DNA of 64,000 bases from Oscillospiraceae bacterium (GTDB lineage: Bacteria > Bacillota > Clostridia > Oscillospirales > CAG-272), in the NCBI GenBank assembly GCA_015064185.1, contig SVSS01000003.1:111791-175790 (forward strand), read 5' to 3'. This document shows, in pieces, positions 8,113 through 17,622 of this stretch. The notes under the pieces were generated by a model that had not been told where the DNA came from, searched no databases, and was given only the letters and a program-made list of their open reading frames with translations. How positions within the stretch are numbered: position 1 is the stretch's first letter; each line of letters opens with the position of its first letter. Made by a program: the position numbers and the translations under genes.

Positions 8113-9063
8113 CTATTTAAAGAAATCCAGCATTTCTTCCAGCACGGGGTATAGGATCTCATCATTCGCGAACAGAATCTCGTGCTTGCTGCCCCATACC
8201 GTTTTCAGTGTGCAGTTCGGTAATGCGGCGGCAAGCCTTTTTTGCGCTTCGGGACAGACAAGGTGCTCATGCTCGGCGGCATAGACGAGAATGGGGAGCG
8301 TGACACCCGAGAGTGCTTTTTTATTTAGGATCTGCTTTGTTACGCCAAGGGCAGCGTGACTCCACTGATAGCTGGGCGAGCCGCCGCGTAGCAAGGGGTG
8401 GCTGTTGCGCGATGTGTGCAGATAAGAAAATCTTGCGGGCGAGAGGGAGGAGGAGCTGTCAAAGCTCTCGTTTTCGTAATCCCTTTTTGCAAGAAAAATG
8501 GGGCGCTTCCCGCGCCCCAAAAGGGTGCAGGCGCGGCACAGTGCCATGGCGCCAACGCGGGTGATTCCGCGGTATTGCAGGGAGATCATGGGTGCTGAAA
8601 GTATGGCTTTTTGAAACACGTCCCTGTGCTTTTCTAAAAAGAGCATAGCAATCGCCCCGCCCATGGAGTGTGCAAAAAGATACAGCGGTGGAGTGAGCTT
8701 TGCACAAGGCGCCGCAAGCACCGCCTCGAGATCTTCAACGTAGTGGCAAAAGCGATCGATGTGTATGATATCTGCGCCGACCTCGCGCGCCGAGCGTCCG
8801 TGCCCGCGCTGATCATAAACAAGCACCGAGAGCCCTTCGCGCAGCAGATAGTAGATAAACTCGCGGTATTTATCGGCATTTTCCGAAAAGCCGTGCACCA
8901 GCACTACCGTGCCACGGGGATGGTCGGCTGTGTATTTTACGGCGTAAAGCGCCCCGCCGTCACGGGCGATAACGGATAACACTTCTGTCCTTTGCGCAAG
9001 ATAGGGCATAACGGTATCGTTTATTTGCGTTTGGAACTCCTGCTCCTTGATAAATTCTCTCAA
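8113..9063 (-). CDS. Alpha/beta hydrolase (lysophospholipase / monoacylglycerol-lipase-like)
   Basis: HGFSEN oxyanion region, nucleophile elbow AHSMGG, and a C-terminal GSKHE region. Confidence 0.75.
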   Translation of the reverse strand: MREFIKEQEFQTQINDTVMPYLAQRTEVLSVIARDGGALYAVKYTADHPRGTVVLVHGFSENADKYREFIYYLLREGLSVLVYDQRGHGRSAREVGADIIHIDRFCHYVEDLEAVLAAPCAKLTPPLYLFAHSMGGAIAMLFLEKHRDVFQKAILSAPMISLQYRGITRVGAMALCRACTLLGRGKRPIFLAKRDYENESFDSSSSLSPARFSYLHTSRNSHPLLRGGSPSYQWSHAALGVTKQILNKKALSGVTLPILVYAAEHEHLVCPEAQKRLAAALPNCTLKTVWGSKHEILFANDEILYPVLEEMLDFFK

Positions 9064-9129
9064 AGCCCTGCCTCCCCCAAAATTAGCGGTGTATTTAGTA
9101 TATAATATCGTGCGCGGGTTATTTTTCTT

Positions 9130-9804
9130 TTATCCAAAATCCTTTGAGTTATTATATTCGTCGATCAGGGCTTGGGCGTTTGAATTTGTATGTGTGAGAA
9201 ACCACTCGTAAAGCGCGGGGTTGCCGTAGGTATCAGTCCAGCAGTTATGTCCGTTTTCGGGGTAGATCGTCAGTCTTGCGTTGCCGCCGCGCTTATTTAC
9301 GGCATTTACCATTTTTACGCTTTCCTCCATAAAGACCGATTTGTCCCTTGCCCCGTGGAAAGCCCAAACGGGCACGTTTGCAAGCCTGCCTGCATTCCAA
9401 TACATACCGCCACCGCAAAGCGGAGCGATCGCGGCGAAAACTTCGGGCAGGCTCATGGCAAGCTGCCAGGTGCCGTAGCCACCCATGCTGTTGCCCGTGA
9501 GGTAGATGCGATTTTTATCGGTATAGGCTTGATTTGCAACAAAGAGTGCAAAGCGCGTGAGCGTTTCAAAGTGATCAAACCATGTGTTTTTGTGGCAAAG
9601 GGGCGCAACGATAATGAACTTGAAATCGGGCCATTTCTCGGGGCGGCGCAGAAACGAGTGTGTAACAATGTTGTTGATATCCTCGCCACGTGTGCCGGCG
9701 CCGTGCAGGAAAAAGAGAATGGGATACTGCTCGCCCTCTTTGTAAGTTTCGGGGAAGCGGACGGCGTATTGCATGCCCTCAAAGATATCTGCTTTGATGT
9801 TCAC
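9130..9804 (-). CDS. Alpha/beta hydrolase (esterase / predicted peptidase type)
   Basis: FLHGAG, nucleophile elbow GNSMGG, and downstream D and H (FHGARD, NGHNCW). Confidence 0.7.
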   Translation of the reverse strand: MNIKADIFEGMQYAVRFPETYKEGEQYPILFFLHGAGTRGEDINNIVTHSFLRRPEKWPDFKFIIVAPLCHKNTWFDHFETLTRFALFVANQAYTDKNRIYLTGNSMGGYGTWQLAMSLPEVFAAIAPLCGGGMYWNAGRLANVPVWAFHGARDKSVFMEESVKMVNAVNKRGGNARLTIYPENGHNCWTDTYGNPALYEWFLTHTNSNAQALIDEYNNSKDFG

Positions 9805-9920
9805 TCTGAATTTACCTCCATTGTGTCATGATAGGCTTAGTTTAGCACACGGCAAGGCGAAAGGCAACAATAAATATTGCTGTGTTTGCAAAGGATTGAC
9901 ATTTTTTGCGCCAAATGCGG

Positions 9921-10526
9921 TTAATATCCAAGCGCCTCGTCAATGAGAACGATCTCGATATCAGCGCCACTCGGCTTTTCCCAAAGCACGGCAAGCGCGC
10001 GGCAAATGCGTGCGTCGCTCGCGCAATCATAGCAGCGGTCGCCCTTGGCGGCGCAGGGCGTGGAAACACCAAGACGCTGTGCGTTTTTGGGTGCGGCGAC
10101 GTTGCGCGCGCGCCAAAGTGCCGCCTCATAATTTTCGGCAATTTTATTTTTTCCTGCCACAAGGTACACCTTTTCGTGCCCGTAGAGCGTGGATGCCACG
10201 CGGTTGCAGGTGCCGTCAATATTGATGATCTCGCCGCTTTCCGCAATGCCGTTGACAGAGCTGAGATAGATCTTAGCGGCATTGCCTTGGTCGCGCAGCT
10301 CGGCGGCGGTGGTGCCATCCTTTATACGCCAATGCCAAAAGCAGGCGTTATGGGTAGAAAGGCTCTCATAAAGCCCCATCTCTTGCAGCGTCACCGAGCC
10401 GCCAAACCCAACGGTTTTTCCATCAATTATGGTGTTTAAATACTTGCTTGCTTCGCTTGCCGTGTCAAACAGGGAAACGGCAAAGCCGCGCTTTTCCAAA
10501 TTGCTTTTGATAACGTCAAAATTCAT
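9921..10526 (-). CDS. LUD-domain (lactate-utilization LutC/YkgG-like) protein
   Basis: Size and N-terminal pattern are typical of the DUF162/LUD family (KTVGFGGSVTL...), with a C-terminal Cys cluster CAAKGDRCYDCASDARIC. Confidence 0.65.
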   Translation of the reverse strand: MNFDVIKSNLEKRGFAVSLFDTASEASKYLNTIIDGKTVGFGGSVTLQEMGLYESLSTHNACFWHWRIKDGTTAAELRDQGNAAKIYLSSVNGIAESGEIINIDGTCNRVASTLYGHEKVYLVAGKNKIAENYEAALWRARNVAAPKNAQRLGVSTPCAAKGDRCYDCASDARICRALAVLWEKPSGADIEIVLIDEALGY

Positions 10527-10544
10527 AGCATATCCTCACAATTC

Positions 10545-11264
10545 TTATATGGCATAGCCGCCGTCAACACCAAGGCATTGCCCTGTGATAAACGAAGCAC
10601 CGTTTGACGCAAGAAACAGCACCGCCGACGCGACCTCATCGGGTGTGCCGATGCGGCAAAGCGGCGTTTCCTCGGCAAGCGCGCGCATGGTATCGGCGTC
10701 ATATGCGGCATTCATGTCGGTATCGATCACACCCGGCTCCACGCAGTTTACCGTGATGCCCGAGGGGCCAAGCTCCTTGGCAAGCGCCATGGTAAGACCG
10801 CGCAGACCCGCCTTGGCGGCAGAATACGGCACCTCCATGGATGCCCCCGTCTTACCCCACATAGAGCCGATGTTGATAATGCGCCCTTGCCCTGCCGCAA
10901 TCATGGCGGGCTGTGCCTCACGCGAGAGATAAAAGGCGGCACTGAGATTGGTGTCGATCATTTGTCGCCAAGCGGCATCATCCACGTCGCGCGAAAGGGC
11001 ACTTTCCGCGATCCCTGCGTTGTTGATCAAAACAAGAGGCGCGCCGCCAAGCGCGTCGCGCACAGCGGCATACGCGGTGCGTACCGCCGCGGGGTCAGAG
11101 ATGTCGCAGCAAAAGGGAATTGCACCTGTTTGGGCGGCGATTTTCGTTGCCGCCGCATGGTTGCTGTGATAAAAGAATGCAACACGGTCACCCTGTGCGG
11201 CAAACGCACGCACAATGGCGGCGCCAATGCCGCGCGAGCCACCCGTGACAAGAACTCGTTTCAT
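10545..11264 (-). CDS. SDR-family oxidoreductase (FabG-like)
   Basis: TGGSRGIGAAI cofactor motif, NNAG, and YSAAK catalytic motif. Confidence 0.85.
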   Translation of the reverse strand: MKRVLVTGGSRGIGAAIVRAFAAQGDRVAFFYHSNHAAATKIAAQTGAIPFCCDISDPAAVRTAYAAVRDALGGAPLVLINNAGIAESALSRDVDDAAWRQMIDTNLSAAFYLSREAQPAMIAAGQGRIINIGSMWGKTGASMEVPYSAAKAGLRGLTMALAKELGPSGITVNCVEPGVIDTDMNAAYDADTMRALAEETPLCRIGTPDEVASAVLFLASNGASFITGQCLGVDGGYAI

Positions 11265-11303
11265 ATTGGTTCTCCTTTGTTTGAGTATTCAAAAGCCTAT
11301 GCG

Positions 11304-12740
11304 TTATTGAAATCTTGGGGGTCTTCTTACCTCTGCCGCGCTAAAATCCGCCTCAAGATACCGCATAAATTCCGCATGCAGATCGGGGGCTAGCAGTGTT
11401 TTGCCAAAGTCACAGACCAGCGTGAAAAGGTCACGCTGAGAGATCTTTTGCAGCGCGCGACCGTCTGTCTTGTTGCAGTAGTCAAGGAAGCCCTCGTAAA
11501 AGGAAAAGGGGGACGTGATGTGCGACAGGATAAAGTGCAGAGTGTGGGCAAATCGCCCCTTCTCATGCAGGCGGTCAAGGATGTCCGAAATGCCGTGCAG
11601 GCGGTCAAGCTCCGCAAAGGAAAGCCACCGGGTTGTAAGCACGGTGTAAGGGGGTGTGGCAGAGTAAAGGATGCCGTGCTTTGCGGCATCGCGGCGAAGC
11701 GCCGTGCCGGGCAGAAGCTTGAGAAAGCCAAGCTGGAGCACGTCGCAATGCGGGTATGCCGCATCAAAGGATCTCGCAAAGGAGCGATAGTCCTCAAAGG
11801 GGAGCCCCGCGATAAGATCAAGGTGTACGTGCAGATTTCCCGCCTCCTTCAAGCGCCTCGCGGCAGCAAGCGTTCCCATAGCGCTTTGGTGGCGGCTGAT
11901 CGCCGCGAGTGTTTCCTCGTTGGTGCTTTGCAGACCGATCTCAAGGCGGATCTTCCCCTTGGGAAACTGCTTTAAAATGGCAAAGCTCTCCTCGTTAAGC
12001 AAGGATGCCGCGATCTCAAAATGGTAGCATTTGGTGTAGCGCGGGGAAAGCAAGCCCTGCCAAATGGCATTTGCGCGCGCACGGTCAAAATTAAAGGTGC
12101 GGTCTACTAATTTAACTGTTAAGGGTTGCTCAAATTTTTCAAACTCAAGCAGGTCGGCAAGTGTTTTCTCGGCACTTTTGGCGCGTACACCCTCGGTTAC
12201 CGAGGAAAGGCAAAAGGCGCAGGAAAAGGGACAGCCGCGCGCGCTTTCGTAGTATACAAGTGGGGAGATCGGCTCGTTTGGCGCATAATGCGTGCCGCGT
12301 GCGGTAAATTGGGCATCGGGCGCGCCTTGCATCAGCTTTGGCAGTGCCTGGCCCTGCTTTAGCGCGGCGGCAAGCGTAACGATCGCGTGCTCGCCCTCGC
12401 CCGTGATAACGGTGTCAATAAAATCAAGCGAGGTAAAGCGTGCGGTATCAAAGGATACCTCGGGGCCACCAAAGACAATTTTGCAGTTGGGGCGCACGGT
12501 TTTGAGGTCCCTTGCCAGCACCAGCATTTCCTTGATATTCCAGATGTAGCAGGAAAAGGAGTAGAGCGCGGCATTTGCTTCAACCAAGCGCGCAAGCACC
12601 GAGGCGGTGCGGTCGCGCAGCGTTGCCTCGGTGCAGTGCACCGCGGTGTAGCCTGCCTCCTCAAGTGCCGTTTTCAGGCACCGCATGGCAAGATTTGAGT
12701 GGGCAAAGGAGCCGTTTAACGTAAAAAGTTCAATTTTCAT
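11304..12740 (-). CDS. B12-binding-domain radical SAM protein with C-terminal extension (DUF4080-like architecture)
   Basis: The N-terminal region resembles a cobalamin-binding domain. CPFSCAFC cluster motif. About 150-aa C-terminal extension. Confidence 0.75.
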   Translation of the reverse strand: MKIELFTLNGSFAHSNLAMRCLKTALEEAGYTAVHCTEATLRDRTASVLARLVEANAALYSFSCYIWNIKEMLVLARDLKTVRPNCKIVFGGPEVSFDTARFTSLDFIDTVITGEGEHAIVTLAAALKQGQALPKLMQGAPDAQFTARGTHYAPNEPISPLVYYESARGCPFSCAFCLSSVTEGVRAKSAEKTLADLLEFEKFEQPLTVKLVDRTFNFDRARANAIWQGLLSPRYTKCYHFEIAASLLNEESFAILKQFPKGKIRLEIGLQSTNEETLAAISRHQSAMGTLAAARRLKEAGNLHVHLDLIAGLPFEDYRSFARSFDAAYPHCDVLQLGFLKLLPGTALRRDAAKHGILYSATPPYTVLTTRWLSFAELDRLHGISDILDRLHEKGRFAHTLHFILSHITSPFSFYEGFLDYCNKTDGRALQKISQRDLFTLVCDFGKTLLAPDLHAEFMRYLEADFSAAEVRRPPRFQ

Positions 12741-12752
12741 AGTGCTATTGTA

Positions 12753-14621
12753 TCACGTAAACTGTGAATTGTAAAGAGAGGCGTAAAAGCCGCCCGGCTT
12801 TTTCATCAGCGCCTCGTGGTTGCCTGCCTCTATCACGTTTCCGTCCTTGACGACCAAAATAATGTCTGCGTTTTGAATGGTGGAAAGACGGTGTGCGATC
12901 ACAAAGCAGGTGCGCCCTGCCATCAGCTTTTTCATAGCCGCCTGTATTTGCTGCTCGGTGCGGCTGTCAACGTTGGAGGTCGCCTCGTCAAGGATGAGCA
13001 TAGGGGCATCGGCAAGCATGGCGCGCGCGATGGTGATCAGCTGGCGCTGACCCTTGGAAATATTCACGCCGTCATCGGTGAGCATGGTGTCATATCCATC
13101 CTTCAGGCTTTCGATATAGTCATGGATATGCGCTGCCTTGGCGGCGGCGATCACCTCTTCACGCGTGGCATTCTCCTTGCCGTAGGTGATGTTTTCAAAT
13201 ATGGTGCCGCAAAATAGCCACGTGTCCTGCAGGACCATGGTAAAGGCACTGCGCAGCGATCTTCTCGTTGCGTCGCGCACATCCACACCATCGATGGATA
13301 CAGCACCCTCGTTCACGTCATAAAAGCGCATCAAGAGGTTAATAACCGTCGTTTTTCCCGCGCCCGTAGGGCCTACGATCGCCACGGTCGTGCCGGGCTT
13401 TGCGTGTACGGTGAGGTCGTGCAGGATCGTTTTTCCCTCCACGTATCCGAATTTAACGTGAGAAAAGTCAACCTCGCCCTGCACATCGGTAAGGGCAGTG
13501 GCGGTATCCTTATCCTTTGTTTCGGGGGCCTCGTCGATCAGTCGGAACACGCGCTCTGCCGCAGCGGTTGCCGATTGCAGCTCGCTGACGATGTTAGCCA
13601 GCTCGTTAATGGGGCCCGAAAACTTGCGCGAATACTGCACAAAGGCGGAAACACCGCCAAGCGAGAGCACAAGGATCGGCGCGAGGGTCGGGGTGGTTTG
13701 CGTGAGCATGTAAAGAATGCCGCCGCACACCGTGACAAGCGCGATGGAAAGGTTGTTGATAAAGTTGACGGAGGGGCCGATCATAGCGCCGTGCCAATCC
13801 GCCTTGTAATACGCCTCGACCGCATCGTTATTGCGCGCATCAAAGCGTGAAACGATCGTATCCTCGCGCGAGTAGGCGCGAATGGTCTTTTGGCCTGAGA
13901 GCATTTCCTCGGCAAAGCCGTTCAGCTCTCCGAGTTTACGTGAGCGCGTCTTGAAAAGCGGACGGATGCGCTTGGTCTTGTAGCGGGTGAAAAGCACGGA
14001 AATGGGAATGGTAATGGCAAATACAAGCACCAACGGGGGCGAAATAGAGAGCATCATCACAAGTGCACCCACCACGGTAACGATGCTGGCAAGCACCTGC
14101 AGGATATCATGGGAAAGCGAGGTGTTTACCGTATCGATATCATAGGAGATGTGGCTGATAATGTCGCCCGTCTGGTGCGTGTCAAAATACCCGACGGGGA
14201 GTGAAGTCAGGTGCTCAAACACCTCACGGCGCATGGTGTAAATGATCCTTTGGCTCAGATTTACCATGATGACCGAAAGGATATAGGACAGCATTCCCGA
14301 TACCGCGTAAAAGACGATCAAAAGACCGACAAAAAGCCAGACCTCCCCAAAATTGACTGCGCCCCGTCCCGGCTCAATGGCATCGATCGCCTTACCCGAG
14401 AGCATAGGACCCGCGAGGGCGAGGAGATTGGAGGAGAGCATGAGAAAAAGGGCAAGGATAACGGTTTTGGGATAACGGAGCAGGTATTTGCCCATGCGGC
14501 GCAGCACACGCACGCGATCGGCACCCGTTTGCTTTTGATCAACGACGGTGCTACTGAGGGACCTTGATTTGCCAAGGCCGCCGCCACCGCCGCCCATTTG
14601 CATATTATTCAAGGAAGGCAC
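12753..14621 (-). CDS. ABC transporter permease/ATP-binding protein (type I exporter half)
   Basis: Six-TM N-terminal domain, Walker A GPTGAGKTT, signature ISKGQRQL, Walker B LILDEATS. The start is uncertain because a GTG lies inside the SD sequence; TTG or ATG a few codons downstream is possible. Confidence 0.85.
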   Translation of the reverse strand: MPSLNNMQMGGGGGGLGKSRSLSSTVVDQKQTGADRVRVLRRMGKYLLRYPKTVILALFLMLSSNLLALAGPMLSGKAIDAIEPGRGAVNFGEVWLFVGLLIVFYAVSGMLSYILSVIMVNLSQRIIYTMRREVFEHLTSLPVGYFDTHQTGDIISHISYDIDTVNTSLSHDILQVLASIVTVVGALVMMLSISPPLVLVFAITIPISVLFTRYKTKRIRPLFKTRSRKLGELNGFAEEMLSGQKTIRAYSREDTIVSRFDARNNDAVEAYYKADWHGAMIGPSVNFINNLSIALVTVCGGILYMLTQTTPTLAPILVLSLGGVSAFVQYSRKFSGPINELANIVSELQSATAAAERVFRLIDEAPETKDKDTATALTDVQGEVDFSHVKFGYVEGKTILHDLTVHAKPGTTVAIVGPTGAGKTTVINLLMRFYDVNEGAVSIDGVDVRDATRRSLRSAFTMVLQDTWLFCGTIFENITYGKENATREEVIAAAKAAHIHDYIESLKDGYDTMLTDDGVNISKGQRQLITIARAMLADAPMLILDEATSNVDSRTEQQIQAAMKKLMAGRTCFVIAHRLSTIQNADIILVVKDGNVIEAGNHEALMKKPGGFYASLYNSQFT

Positions 14622-16323
14622 CTCCCATCTGCGAATCGCTGATCTCCTTGTAGGCGGGGCAGGTCACAAGCAGCTCCTCGTGTCTGCCCGCGCCGATCAC
14701 CTTGCCGTGATCAAGCACCAAAATGTGATCTGCGTGCCGCACAGAGCTTACGCGCTGTGCCACGATCACGGTTGTGGTGTGCAGCTCCTCGCGAATGGCG
14801 CGGCGCAGGGCTGCATCGGTTTTGTAGTCAAGGGCAGAGGAGGCATCGTCAAGCACAAGGATCTCGGGATTGCCTGCAAGTGCCCTTGCAATGAGGATGC
14901 GCTGACGTTGACCGCCTGACACGTTTGTGCCCTTGGCGGTAAGCTGGTGCGCGTAGCCTTCGGCAAAGCTCTCAATGAAATCGGCGGCCTGTGCCAGCGT
15001 TGCCGCGCGGCGCATATCTTCATCGGAAACATCGCGCCCAAATCGGATGTTTTCCGCTACCGTATCGGCACATATGAAGTCGTTTTGCATCACAACACCA
15101 AACATTTGGTGCAGGCGCTTTTTGTCCATGGCATAGACATCCTCGCCGCCAATGCGGATGCTGCCGCTGTCAATATCATAAAAGCGCTGCAGAATTGATA
15201 GCAGTGTGGTCTTGCCCGAGCCCGTAGCGCCGATCACACCAAGTGTGCCGCCGCGCGGCAGAGTAAAGCTGACGTGAGAGAGGTTATCCTTTTTGCCGTT
15301 GTAGGAGAAGCAAACATCGTCAAACACGATAAAGGCTTGATCGTTATCGGCAAGCGGTGGGGTTGCGGTCTTTTTTGAGGCGTCCGTTGCCTGCAGCACC
15401 TCGGCAATGCGGTTGGCAGAGGCAGAGCTTTTTGTTGCCATGACAAAAATACGTGTCATGGCGGTCATGGCGCCCGACATGAGCGTAAAATATTGCAAAA
15501 AGGCAATGATGCGACCGGGAGCCGAGAGTCCGCCGTGCACCAGATACGCACCCACCAGAATGACTGCCACAAGCCCAAAGTTTAAAAACAGCGTCATCAG
15601 GGGCTGTGAAAGTGCCATGGTGATGCTTGCCTTGCGCTCGCAAGCGACCAGCCGTTTATTAACGCCATCATAGCGGCGGCATTCGTATTCTTCCTTTGAC
15701 AGAGCCTTGATCACGCGTACGCCCTGACAGTCCTCGCGCACCACGCGCACCATGCCGTCAACTGCCTTTTGTGTTTGGCGGTAGAGCGGTAAGCCGCGGC
15801 GGGTAATGAAAAACACGGATCCGCCAATCAGGGGCATGGTTACGATCATGACGAGCGCGAGGCGCCAATCGAGGATCAGCGTGATCACCACACCGCCCGC
15901 CAGAAGGATCGGCACGCGCACTGCCATGCGCTGCATCATGCCGATAAAGTGGTGCACGTTGTAGGTATCCGAGGTCAGGCGGCTTTCGAGCGACGGCACG
16001 GTAAAGGCATCGGTCTGGCGTGAGGAAAGGTGCATGGTCGCCTCAAACAGATCGTGCCTGATGTGGCGAGATGCCTCCTTTGCCACCTTGGCGGCATTGC
16101 GGTTTGCAATGACGTTGCCGATCATGGCGCAGCACGCCGCAGCGATCATCGCAACACCCCACTTTAAAATATCAAGCAGGCTGTGTCGCGGCACCACTGT
16201 GTCAAGGATATGGCTGAGGATATAGGGCAGCAGTAGCTCAAACAGCGTGGCAAACACCTTTATGGTAAGACCAAATGCCACGGTGCGCTTGAGGGGCCGT
16301 AAATAGTTAAAAATCAGTTTCAT
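14605..16323 (-). CDS. ABC transporter permease/ATP-binding protein (partner half)
   Basis: Walker A GATGSGKTT, signature VSGGQRQR, Walker B LVLDDASS. It overlaps both neighbours, consistent with an operon. Confidence 0.85.
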   Translation of the reverse strand: MKLIFNYLRPLKRTVAFGLTIKVFATLFELLLPYILSHILDTVVPRHSLLDILKWGVAMIAAACCAMIGNVIANRNAAKVAKEASRHIRHDLFEATMHLSSRQTDAFTVPSLESRLTSDTYNVHHFIGMMQRMAVRVPILLAGGVVITLILDWRLALVMIVTMPLIGGSVFFITRRGLPLYRQTQKAVDGMVRVVREDCQGVRVIKALSKEEYECRRYDGVNKRLVACERKASITMALSQPLMTLFLNFGLVAVILVGAYLVHGGLSAPGRIIAFLQYFTLMSGAMTAMTRIFVMATKSSASANRIAEVLQATDASKKTATPPLADNDQAFIVFDDVCFSYNGKKDNLSHVSFTLPRGGTLGVIGATGSGKTTLLSILQRFYDIDSGSIRIGGEDVYAMDKKRLHQMFGVVMQNDFICADTVAENIRFGRDVSDEDMRRAATLAQAADFIESFAEGYAHQLTAKGTNVSGGQRQRILIARALAGNPEILVLDDASSALDYKTDAALRRAIREELHTTTVIVAQRVSSVRHADHILVLDHGKVIGAGRHEELLVTCPAYKEISDSQMGGAFLE

Positions 16324-16751
16324 TTGGGAAGCTCCTTCACTTTTTGCTGCGCGTTGGCATAGGCACGTGCCACCAGATCGGAGAAGACGTTCAGCTCCTC
16401 CTCGCTAAAGCCTCTGGTAATGATCTCGTTCCATTCGTGTGACATCTCGCGCAAAAGGGGCAGCAGCGCGAGCGCCTTTTGGGTAGGGGATACCAGCAGC
16501 ACGCGGCGGTCACCTTCATCGGGCGTTCTGGTAACGTAGCCCTGCTTTTCCAAATGCGCCAAGCGCCGTGCGACGCTGCTTTTGTTGACAAAGAGCGCAT
16601 CCGATAGTGTATCCTGTGAAATGTTGGGGTGGTGGCAGATATAAAATAGGTAAGGGCGGTCGCAGGCGCCTATGCCTGTGTCCGCAAGCTTGGGGGTGCG
16701 CCAAAAGTTGCCGTAGCGAACGATGGCGTTCATTTTACTTAAAGAGTGCAT
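16320..16751 (-). CDS. MarR-family transcriptional regulator
   Basis: Winged-helix pattern SQDTLSDALFVNKSSVARRLAHLEKQGYVTRTPDEGDRRV. A 4-nt overlap with the downstream ABC gene. Confidence 0.8.
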   Translation of the reverse strand: MHSLSKMNAIVRYGNFWRTPKLADTGIGACDRPYLFYICHHPNISQDTLSDALFVNKSSVARRLAHLEKQGYVTRTPDEGDRRVLLVSPTQKALALLPLLREMSHEWNEIITRGFSEEELNVFSDLVARAYANAQQKVKELPK

Positions 16752-16913
16752 GATAATGCTCCTGTTTTAATTAGTTGCACACGCAACCAAATATATTATA
16801 GCACGAATGTGTGCGTTGTCAATAGAATTTAAAAAAACAGGAGGTATTTTTGCATAATCGGTGTGGCTTGCACATATAAGTGAATGAGGCAATAAACAAA
16901 GGAGGATTGAAAG

Positions 16914-17474
16914 ATGGAAAATCAACTTGAAATGCCCAAGCAAGAAAGAAAAGAAGGGCGCCGCCCGTGGCGCCGTCAGATCGTGATCGCATGTGCTGTC
17001 ATGCTTGTTGCCGTGGCTCTGGCTCTCAATTTTACGCTGTTTGGTGGCAATGCAAACACCACAGATCCGGGGGATGCGCCCGCAGGTGATGCGGCAGGAA
17101 ACAATGATGCCCAGACTAACACCTCGCTTGACGGATATTTTTCTGCTACGCAGGTCAGCCGTCAGCGCGCACGCGATGAGGCGCTTGAGGTGCTGCAAAG
17201 CGTGGTAGACAGTGCGGAAGCCGACGAAGCCACCAAAACAGGGGCATTGCTTGAGATTTCCGAGCTTGCAAAGGAGATGGAGGCAGAGGCAAACATTGAG
17301 GCAATGGTGCTTGCCAAGGGCTTTGAGCAGTGCGTGGCGATCCTCAACGGTGAGACCTGCTCGGTCGTTGTAAACGGCGGGGAGCTGCAGCAAAATCAGA
17401 TCTCTCAGATCAACGAGATCGTGTATGAGCAGGCAGGCATTCTCCCCACAAACATACGTATTATAACCAAATAA
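16914..17474 (+). CDS. SpoIIIAH-like protein (single N-terminal TM)
   Basis: N-terminal TM, a low-complexity linker, then FSATQVSRQRARDEALEVLQSVV...EANIEAMVLAKGFEQCVAILNGETCSVVV, typical of the SpoIIIAH family. Strong RBS aaaggagg. Confidence 0.6.
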   Translation: MENQLEMPKQERKEGRRPWRRQIVIACAVMLVAVALALNFTLFGGNANTTDPGDAPAGDAAGNNDAQTNTSLDGYFSATQVSRQRARDEALEVLQSVVDSAEADEATKTGALLEISELAKEMEAEANIEAMVLAKGFEQCVAILNGETCSVVVNGGELQQNQISQINEIVYEQAGILPTNIRIITK

Positions 17475-17622
17475 AGAGATCCTCGGGTCAGCGGTACGCC
17501 AAAGGGCGTTCGTTGACCCGATTTTTGTGTTGCCGTTACCTTGTTTCTTGACATTTTCGGTTAAATGTTATATAATATTTTTATGCTTTGTGAGGTTATC
17601 GTAAAAAAACGAGGAGAAATAT

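Noticed and set aside
14540-14621. The Gly6 run and unusual N-terminus of the ABC half-transporter as a possible frameshift or fusion.
   Set aside because: - The frame is continuous.
- The overlap with the upstream partner gene is typical operon coupling.
- Only the exact start codon is uncertain.
16760-16830. Short palindrome gttgc-acac-gcaac upstream of marR as an operator.
   Set aside because: - It is plausible, but it is only a 5-bp inverted repeat.
- That is not distinguishable from chance without comparative data, so it is not listed as a feature.
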